Below the pieces are notes generated by a model, which saw only the letters and a program-made list of their open reading frames with translations, did not search any database and was not told the origin of the DNA. The translations under genes were made by a program, and so were the position numbers. From Bigelowiella natans CCMP2755 (taxonomy: Eukaryota > Protista > Cercozoa), in contig ADNK01001169.1 in assembly GCA_000320545.1 (NCBI GenBank), forward strand, positions 1 through 32,601: a stretch of DNA of 32,601 nucleotides. Direction: 5' to 3'. Every line of letters begins with the position of its first letter. Position 1 is the stretch's first letter. This document shows positions 22,641 through 32,601 of this stretch, in pieces.

Positions 22641-23215
22641 CCCGTTGCGTCGGCGATGAGATCGTCACATCCATGACAAGACATGTTTGGATGTGGCAGC
22701 AACGCTAGAACGCTTTTTTTTGCGCGCGCTAGCTCAGGATGCATGTTAGCATGTCACATGCAGCATGGTTAGCATCTACTAGTGCACAATGAGTGCAGTG
22801 CATTCATGCTAGCTAGCATGCCATGCCGCATGATGTCGTTGAATGATCGCACATTTGTGCGCACTGGAGCTACAGGGAGGAAACCAAATCTCAAACCATT
22901 TTGCTGACGAATGCACGTGATGCTGCTTTGCATGTCGAACTCAGCTAGCGCAGCTAGGCAGGCCGTGAAATTTTGAACCTGGTCGACGTACATGTACACC
23001 GCAACATCGTGCAATGCTGCGCCTGCAATGATCCACATGCATGTCAGATGTGCGCGCTCAGGAATGACGTGGAATGATCGATCGTGCACACATGCACAGC
23101 TCTAGCATGGAGCTACGTATTTCTAGATTTCTAGATCTCGCGCTTTGGCTCGCAGAATTGTGCAATCGCAAAAACGCCATCACAATCCCAGCGAAATTTC
23201 AAGGGTCCTCTGTAG
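22641..23215. other. TpA-depleted tract 3, between the convergent 3' ends of the RBM5-like and XPO7-like genes
   Basis: Manual count for 22641-23260: 20 TA, of which 11 are CTAG and 17 are CTA or TAG. Dense in catg/tgca. Directly adjoins intact (TA)n-rich DNA at 22460-22600. Confidence 0.75.
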
Positions 23216-23217
23216 CA

Positions 23218-23494
23218 CTAGACCATCACAGGGCGCAGCCTTGGCATCTTCTTCACAGCTTTGCAAAACCTTAACAATTGAGAAACAAAAAAAATATGCA
23301 GCTCACAAGATAGCCATTTTAAGTGCTTAATATCGGCGGTATAGGAGAAATGTGTTTTTGCATTGTTGCACTTGGGCACACACCTTGAAAGGTTTCGCGA
23401 GAACTGGTTCTTGCTCTGAAGATGAGAAATACGGAATATTTTTTTAACAAGTACACGCACGCGCACACACACACAAACACACACACACACACAC

Positions 23495-23532
<38 letters not shown>

Positions 23533-23547
23533 GAAAAGAGATAAGTG

Positions 23548-23583
<36 letters not shown>

Positions 23584-23588
23584 AACTA

Positions 23589-23628
<40 letters not shown>

Positions 23629-24369
23629 ATTTGTGCGTGTGCGCGTGTATGTGTGTGTGTGTTTGTATGCCTGTGTATGTGCAATATGCACACATATATG
23701 TATATTTCCCATCATACACATCTGGCCAATTGACACACCTACTCAGCACTCGATACAGACATACGACTTCCGACATACAATCCATTCATTTTATCACCAC
23801 CACCTTGTGCGAGGTGTCAAACGTGATGCCCTCAACTAACAGGTCAAACATTCCATCCACAGTCTTGCGCTCGTTCTTACGGCAGCCAAAAAACAAACGG
23901 AAAATCAATTTCTGCCTTTTCCTTTCTCCCCACATAAATCATAGTGTGAAAGTGGCGATGCAGACCTTTTAGATCCTGCTTTCTACAAATCATCACTAAA
24001 CACACCTACTGCTTTCTGTCACTACAACGACTCCTCATACAAAGCTAACCTCTGGCTGGCCTAGCGTGAATTGCTTCCGAAAGGCAAGGAATCCCTTGGC
24101 TGTGGTGTTCGTTATGACCGCTTCAGAACAATTCGCAATCCGTTCAAATTCGTTTGAAAATCAAATCGCCTATATTTTCCACTATTACTACCGTCACACG
24201 CAATACACGTTGCCATCGGCCGAGAGAGAGACCAAACCAACGTCGTTTTCGATTCAAACACAAGAAGATTAAATAGTACGGGGAGCACTCTCTCCACCGT
24301 TCTCTGCCATAGTTATCCACGCAAAATTTAATGAAACAAATTTGAACACGAACATTGATGCACACGCGT

Positions 24370-24442
<73 letters not shown>

Positions 24443-24486
24443 GCGAAGGGAGGGAGACCGAGAGCAAAAGATATAAAATCATAAAT

Positions 24487-24524
<38 letters not shown>

Positions 24525-24537
24525 CATATTTACATTA

Positions 24538-24576
<39 letters not shown>

Positions 24577-24761
24577 TAAGGGTGAGAGGGAGGAATACTT
24601 AAAGCAACTCAAAACCAAGCAATAACCGTGCCCTATCAAGCATGTTATTGACATAAATTTTCGATCGAGTGAAGATCTTTACCTTGCACTTCCGATCTGA
24701 TAAAATGCGGCCTAGTTTCCGCGCTATTTCCCTAACACACACACACACACACACATATTAG

Positions 24762-24799
<38 letters not shown>

Positions 24800-25856
24800 C
24801 ATACAATTTATTCAAGTCTGCGTGTGTTTCGTTTTGTAATTACAGGTTGTGTATTTGGGGAATAACCTTTTCTTCCTCAAAACGACCGAGTTGCCTTCGA
24901 TGCGTCTAATTGCAAAGGCGTAATAGAAGCTGAAGATGCAGTCCAAGCCGCCTAAGTTCATCGCAAAAGAGGAGGGCGAGTGCAGCACAGATGTAAAGAA
25001 TGTTTTTAAACGACGCATTCATTCCGATTGGCCATATATGTGCGATCTTCACATTTTGTAGCCTGATTTGATGCAAAAGACGGTGGTACCGGCAGAAGCG
25101 GAGATGGTGACTGGGTCAGTAGTTCCGCACACGCCGTCGATGAGCGACATCAGCATTCCCCCGAAAACCTGGTAGAGACCAAAGCACGTGTTAGCAATGG
25201 TTGACGAGTCAGGTACATCGAAGCGATTCCACACACTCTTTGCAGGGGTGTCAATTTAGTGCGCTACAATCTTCTTTCTTTTCGGCGATGGAGAACTCTT
25301 CTCGTTATCGCGACTTCGTTTCTGCGCACACGCGAGGACAGCGCCCGGAAGGATTCCACCCACCGTTCTCTCACACACAAGCTCTGGTGGCGTTCTGCTA
25401 CTATCGTGATAATATCTAACCTCTGGCGTTTGAATGACGGCCTGCTCGATGTGCTCTTCCAACACCTGTGCACCATCCGTACACACAATTTTTAGCTGAC
25501 GAGGCGGCCATTGAAAACGGGTGCCGCTGTGTGCGAAACGTCTCAGAACACTTTCGTCGCGATGTGTTCACTGCGCTTGTAATTTTCAGTTAAAACAACA
25601 AACCCAGGCCCCCGAATCGGGCCAGAGCGACAAGACGCTTGCTGCACAGGCACACACACGCACGCACGCACGACCTCGTACAAGAAATCCGCGACGCGTC
25701 GGAATACTTTCGGATAAGCTGAAATGTCCCCTGGCCTGAGCGCCATGCACACTTTCAGCAGCGCGGTGATTGACGTCGTCACACACTGATCGTTGTAGAG
25801 CTCAAACACCTGCGAGAAGCCACCACGAGTTGAATACACGTTTAATTCATATATAT

Positions 25857-25894
<38 letters not shown>

Positions 25895-27103
25895 TTGAAT
25901 TATACTCTGTCGTATCCGTAACCTCCTCACGCTTTCTTCATGTGCATTGGTGGATGCTGCGCGAGGGGTGGGGAGGGGATCTATCTCCTCATGCGATTCA
26001 CGCGCGTTTTGATGCAAGCTGTATGGCCGAATCGTGATTTTGCAACCCACCTCAAAACACACGTAATTTCCAGATAGAGCGCGTGTGAGCACGGACAAGC
26101 AGTGCTGCAGCCCCTTCATCATGTCATCAAAGCTGTCTTTGTCGTTGTCCTCTGAGGAAATGATGCCGAGGCCGTCGCCCCCCCCCCCCTCGTTACTCAT
26201 TGGAAGGTGGGAACAAAACATCGTCACCACCTATTATCATCATCATCATCATCATCATCATCGTCGTCGTCGTCCGCACACAAAAATATCGATTGGTTCT
26301 CTTGAGAAAAGGCAAAGGGATGACTTCACAGTGTGTTTGCTAATAGATAGTCAGCTTCGCATCGCTGTAGCTGACCAAACTATTCATTTGCACACACCTT
26401 GGCCGCCTCTTTGAAGAGCTTGATCCCAGATGCATCCACCGTAGGGAAACGTATTCGGTCGCGCTTGTTGTGCACTACCGAGGATATCTGAAAAGACGCA
26501 GCTCGCAATCACAACACGTATCACACGCACACAGACACTGCATGGTTCAATTGTCCATATGTACGATGGTGATGGGCCGAATCAGAACCGGCACCGGCAT
26601 TTTCTCTCAAACATATACGCGGAAATATCAGGAAACAAAAAAGAACGGTTTCATCCGTGCAAGTCACCAGTTTCAGCAGCGCGTTCGCTACATTGCCGTC
26701 TCTATACCTACCGACATACCATGAATCTTCAAACCACAGCAGCCGCGGAAACACGGCGAGTGGTAAAGACGAATAGAACATAGCACAACCCCCCCCCCCC
26801 CCCCCCCACATCAAGTACACGGCCTCGCTTTCCCTACTGCTAGATCGTATTTGAACCATGGTTTTGGTACTGTGTTATAAGGGACACTACGGACACCCAA
26901 AAGCAAGTAATCGCGTGAATAGTGTCCTCATAGCTCTTTGGCACCATACCAAGTCTCGAGAAGCCGGATTAGAAGCTGAAACTTCTCGGGGTAGAGCCAT
27001 CGGAAGATCGACTCGAAATCCTGCTTCTCCTCGCAGACGTCAATGAGACCAGTCAAATCGCGACATAATCCAATGGTCTACAAGGAAAAAAATATAAATA
27101 AAT

Positions 27104-27136
<33 letters not shown>

Positions 27137-27470
27137 CGTAGACATTGACGCGAATATGTGTCAGAACTGGATATAACCAAACACATATATGTGTAAATAT
27201 ATATTAATATTAAATGTAGAGGCACCTTTGCCTTTACGTGCCGTATATTCGCGTTATTCGCACTCCGAATTGCGCTCTCAAGGAACTCAAACTGCGCATC
27301 GAAACGCCGGGAAAAGCCCTTCAAATGCTTCCGATTTTCATTGCAAAATAGCAAGCGACCTGCCCAAAGCTAGTTTTATGCGCTGGCTGACGTGAGGGAG
27401 TGACACACGCCGAAGTATCTCCGACGCATTCTCACCAAGCAAAGCTCAGCCGCGAAGGCAATGACACACA

Positions 27471-27530
<60 letters not shown>

Positions 27531-28080
27531 GATAGAGAGAGAGATTTATGTAAAACACGCGTGCGCGCACACACGTGCATCCGTACCGACCTAGTATGGC
27601 ATAGAATCGTGATCGCAGCTTCGATTGCGGAAAACGCTCTAAGAACTGAAATCCGGAGGCTTCTCGGGACAACAACGCTTGTGTCATCTGAAAGAGGATA
27701 ACGATAACGATGATGATGATGATGATGAGGAGGAGGAGGAGGATTGTGATAAAATAATCAAGCATTGCTAGGTTTGACTTTCAATTACCCCTCCCACCTT
27801 CCTCCCCCTCCCCCTTCTCCATGTAAAACAGCAAATTTAATTCATCGTTTTTCTGTTTAGATTCTTCGCCATAAGAGATATTGTTACCTTAGCTCTCCGA
27901 ATCGTGTGCGCAGTCTCTCTCCCGCAAACCTACACAACAGTGTTTAAAATCAAGCGCCATTGCCATTTAATGTGCAGTTACTATATTGATTTCGTAATAG
28001 AGAATCGAATTTTTACGTCTGATCTCCAAGGATTTTAAATAGACGCAAACCATAATATTATATACATATAATATATTTAC

Positions 28081-28172
<92 letters not shown>

Positions 28173-30042
28173 TTAGATACACTACCATCGAATCAAGAAT
28201 CTTCAGACTTTTTGTCACAGTCACAACGTCGGAGCTCCAAAATGTCAAGCTTTCCATCACCTTTTTGTCATTTGACACAACGATCGCACAACGATCGTGC
28301 AATGTGAGATGAGCACATTTTAGCACAGAGGTCGTATGCGTGCGAAACACCATCACGAAAGCAGCACCATGGGCTGTTCGGCAAATTATATGTTCTATGA
28401 GTTTTGTAAAGCATCATCACTCTGCGCCTTCCCACGCACGCACCTTGCAAAAGAAGCGCGAAATCGTATCTTCTTGCCTGCAAAAGCAAAGTAACACTGA
28501 GCGATTAGAACCGTGGCGTGAAAATATTGACGAGCGTCGTTCAATATCGCACCCTATGTCTCTCTTGCATATCGTGGAGATAACTTGATACATGACTGGC
28601 TTCTTTCTAATCGTCCGCAGAGTCGTTGGGCCAGATCTAGGAAGGGAAGAGGTATGAAGCGGGGCTTTGCATGGAAAACGCTCACAACTGGCCACGAGAG
28701 TTCTTGGTGCGATGTAGATGCCATGCGTGAGAATCATTTTTGAAACAACAAAGTATGTGATCTAGAACCTCTGGTTCGTCATGTCTTTATCGTCACGGCC
28801 ATTCTTTTGCCGTTGGACCTGCATCAACCGATGGATTGTTCTTAACTTGAAAGCGACGTTTGCTAACGCCGCCTCCCCCTCGCCATCTCTCTCCCTCTCT
28901 CTCTCTCTCCCTCTCTCTCTCCCTCTCTCTCTCGGTCTCAAGACGCATATCCTCGAAAGACATTCACCTCGAAAGCTAATCTACGAAGCTCCCCAGACGA
29001 TAAGTGGAGAACGCTCTGCATCGTGTCCCTACAAGGAATAAAAATTAGTCAATGTTGTCCGATGAGTGCATGAAGCCAAATGCACATGCTAGCGCAAGAG
29101 AAGCAGCCTCCTCTGCTGCTCTTGCAATGCGTGTACTTTATGTCACTCTTTATCATCGTCATCAGCATCATTCATCATCGTCGTTGCACTCATTTTCTCC
29201 GTCCTCACCACTCATCCTTTTGCATGGAAATGAGGAAGTCTAGGTCATCAAAGCCCTCCTCGTCAAACATTGGCACGAGTCGCCCAAGTCCAGCACAAAC
29301 GAGAAGATCCCTGTGATCCCTGAGACACAAAGAATTGCAAAGATAAAAATGAAATCATTGACTCAGTCGGCGGATGTGTAAGGAGGGGAGAGGGGGGGGA
29401 GGGGGGACCACGCTTACATAGTATGCCGCACGTTTAGTGCAACTCTGCTTTGCCTCATCATATCTCCCTCTCCTCTACTTTTCTCATGAAAATGTGTTAT
29501 TTTTTTTTAATTGTTCCAATCGTACCGTATTTTTGCCGTAGAAGTCAAGCGGCAATGCAGCAGGAAGGAGTCGATAAACGTCAACAAAGCTGCGCAATGT
29601 TATACGACACAGAGGGTTTTCAATTTCCGACGGACCAAAAAAAGTAGTGATGTGATGACCCATGTCAATGGCTCTCAACGCCTGGACTTCTCTCTGATGC
29701 GTCTGTCCTCCTGCAGCCTATGTGGTTAGACAAAGGCGGAGGAAAACAGTGAAACGAGATCATCCCTTGCGATTTCTATTCGATAAGTTGCTCGCTTTTT
29801 GGGGCTGAAAATGGATATGCAGTCCTCCACACGCACACGCACACGCACACGTACACAAATTCATTCGCACCTTGGCCTCCTTTATTCGCTTTGTGCAATT
29901 TACCATGAGCTCCATCAGCAAAATCGCAGCTTGGCCATCGAGAATTAGATCCTCTACAGATCATAATACGAAGAAACGCCAGATATGTCAGCATGCGCAG
30001 CGTAGCCCCCCGCCCCTCTTGTCCTCTATCTCTGTCCCCCCT

Positions 30043-30090
<48 letters not shown>

Positions 30091-30273
30091 GTTGTGTGTG
30101 TGTGTGTCTGCATCGAGTAAGCACTACCTTTTGGGAAGTTGATGGAGAGGGGGTTGAGGTTGGGGTTTTCCAATATCGATGCAGCGATCATGGTAAGACA
30201 TGCGATCTCCGCCTCGATCATTACTAGTGCCTTCAATCCTGTGAATATGTGTGCTATGTGCTTACGCGTGCGC

Positions 30274-30308
<35 letters not shown>

Positions 30309-30837
30309 GAGATTCAAGCGAAATTCCGTGTGAATACTTTAATTTAGATCATTTAAAATACATCTACTTTCCATTTCTTCGTTTGCAACGTCTTGTCACA
30401 AAAATAAAATCTTCTATTCTCTGCCCTGCCCCTAAACAGCAAAGAGGAAACACGTACGGTTTGCATCGGAGGGGGGCGGGGACTCCTTCCACGCCACACA
30501 CGTCGTTCGCAACTTCCCCATAATCAGCGGCATGTGCTTTCCGTAAGATTGCCTATTATCACCCGGGGGAGAATGGGGGTGGCGGGGATGGGGGGGGGAA
30601 AGGAAAGTGGGATGTGGATGCATCTCGTCTACGCAGTAGTTTTGGTGATTCGGGATTGCGCTCCTTAGTGCTGCTGACGGCTGCTACCTTACAAGGATCG
30701 GCACGTACTCAAGGAACAGCTGGAAATCACCCTCAGACATAACGCGGTCGGCCTCACTGCAGCATTGTAAAACGACGCGATTGCACGCGCATGAGTAGGT
30801 AACGAAGAGGACATAGACGCAATCCGTGACGATAGTG

Positions 30838-30877
<40 letters not shown>

Positions 30878-31085
30878 CGCACGCACGCGCACACACAAGC
30901 TGTTAGACACGTTCGTCTACTGATATGTCCACTTGCATACAAAGAGAGAGAGGGAAGGGGGGGGGTCAAGGAGGAGAGCTCTCCACACTAATACAACAAA
31001 TAGTATTGTAACCCATCTAATGCGGCCTTCTTCACCAACGACGTCATCATATTAACAGTTTCCGCAACTAGGCTGTTATCATATT

Positions 31086-31152
<67 letters not shown>

Positions 31153-31164
31153 AATATATTATTA

Positions 31165-31196
<32 letters not shown>

Positions 31197-32549
31197 ATCT
31201 ACAATTAAATACATGATCTGAGCATACCATTTAACTCATTAATTGTCGCGTAAAACACACATGATCCATGATTTCTTTTCCATATTATATATTCCCGCTC
31301 TCGCGACCTTGGCAACGCCCCTTTGAGGAAGTTTGAGGCCGGATATTTGCTCTTGAAGTCCCCCATTTCTTAACACACGATTCAATCAAAGAATTTTCAG
31401 ATGGCGCTGCGAATCATGTGAGTAGTATTGCAAAAAACCCGACACCAAAGCATGTGCATCTATTTGGGGCCACCTCCCATCATCTGCTGCGGGGTCGATT
31501 CCAACTTGGCCATGTGCCTGTTAGGAAAGCGCAATGCTTTTCGTGAAAAGGGGGGCTTCCTTTGTGCAAAGACACGTCCAAACAGAAACGCCGAAACGAA
31601 AACGCGGAGGATATCTTTCACGTCACCGGTCATCTCCTATGACGCAGGGCGTTTTTTTTGCATTTCTGGCTGCGGTATAGTTCTAGTATACTTGTGTACG
31701 TATTTAGGCTTTATGTGTATATGTTTGGTGAGGAGTGGTAGCGTCGATTTGAGTACTCAGTTAATGCCAAGCTAGCCCACATCCTGAGTAGAAATCTCAA
31801 TCAGAGAGTGCTATTCAGGCGAAACACAGCATCGAGACGCAGTAATATAGCAAGAGCACTATGTGTGTTTAGAATTCCGGGATGATGATCGATCGCAAAC
31901 AAAGTGAATACGCGTACTGGATAAGGAATTGCGCGGCATGTTGTGTCGGTTCTCCGCCCTTGAGAGCCCGCATCTACAACACGCGCAACAAGTAAGATAT
32001 GATGAGAAGAGCTCCTCTCAAAACTACAGATTTCGCCGCGCGCCATTGCAACACAATGGAATCCTTGTCCGAAATTGGATGGGGGGGGGGGTTGAGAGCA
32101 GAATAGGTTACCAACAGATGTAATAAAGGGCAGACGCCGTGTTGGCGTTAAAAGGGGGATAAGGGGGCTCTAATATAAGGTAGTCTGAGAGAGTGGTTGC
32201 GCAAATCAATCACCGTGAGAATGCTGGCCTTCTCCAACAAACGGCTCAGTTCCGGGCTTTGAGAGGAGCGTTCCATATAAGCTGCGGAATGGTGGAAGAG
32301 GATGAGGGGGGGGCGAGGAGGCTCGTTATAGCTTATGTGGTGGGGAAAAAAAGAGAGCGAGCATTCTTGTCATCATGGACTCTCTCTCTCTGATAAAACG
32401 AACGTACGGCTAGAAAGACATGGCAGCGCAATTGATTCGTGCACGTGGGGCGCGGTGATGCGGGAATGCAGTTTTTGGGTTTATATAGTGTAGCTACCAA
32501 GATCACGATAATACAGGTACATTTAATACACACACACACACACACACAT

Positions 32550-32597
<48 letters not shown>

Positions 32598-32601
32598 ATA
32601 A
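23218..32601 (-). CDS. XPO7: Exportin-7/RanBP16-17 family karyopherin, many small exons; 5' part lies beyond the right edge
   Basis: Exon peptides occur in XPO7 order: FLLRMWASLA (~31780), FQLFLEYVPILVR (~30720), IEAEIACLTMIAASI (~30200), DLILDGQAAILLMELM (~29920), QEDTISRFFCK/VMESLTFW (~28460-28240), LRSRFYAILGR (~27600), VVHNKRDRIRFPTVDASGIKLFKEAAK (~26440), ALSGNYVCFE/VFELYND (~26060/25800), YPKVFRRVADFLYE (~25700), LFNLLVFE..VWSLSRPM (~24240), MFDLLVEGI (~23840), KNQFSRNLSRF, then stop at 23218. The last recognisable upstream exon is at ~32213-32280. Confidence 0.85.

Larger units (their letters stand above)
184..32601. repeat. Dispersed intronic simple repeats: (TA)n, (CA/TG)n, (GA/TC)n, (CAT)n and poly-C/G, often compound
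   Basis: Dozens of tracts, e.g. ~304-333, ~1620-1740, ~2069-2150, ~7480-7560, ~14615-14670, ~23460-23660, ~31090-31190. They are absent from the TpA-depleted tracts and account for most short ORFs in the ORF track. Confidence 0.95.

Noticed and set aside
1-32601. CRISPR arrays, tRNA/rRNA genes, prokaryotic operons
   Set aside because: No regularly spaced repeat-spacer units or recognisable structural RNA; the DNA is spliceosomal-intron-rich eukaryotic sequence. Small ncRNAs cannot be excluded by eye.

Overview
Eukaryotic, intron-rich genomic DNA (probably a protist; taxon not determinable from the window), with (TA)n, (CA/TG)n, (GA/TC)n and poly-C/G runs in most introns. I reconstructed five spliced genes by eye. 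(1) A minus-strand gene with a divergent kinesin-motor-like segment and coiled-coil tail, running off the left edge. (2) A lipoyl-domain-like + SAM-domain protein lacking the lipoyl-accepting lysine. (3) A 3-exon orphan with glutamine-synthetase-fold (COOH-NH2 ligase) motifs. (4) A complete RBM5/RBM10-type splicing factor. (5) An exportin-7 (XPO7/RANBP17) homolog, running off the right edge, with an apparent SAM domain inserted. The strongest unusual signal is three bounded intergenic tracts (~11.7-13.37 kb, ~16.0-17.5 kb, ~22.64-23.2 kb) from which TpA has been largely purged. TG/CA is abundant there, CpG is retained, and the surviving TpAs are mostly in CTAG/CTA/TAG. An intronless ORF in the first tract shows apparent Tyr->His/Cys replacement. 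This looks like targeted, double-stranded A:T->G:C hypermutation at TpA, like RIP but in the opposite direction. All counts are manual and all protein assignments rest on motif recognition, not database searches.
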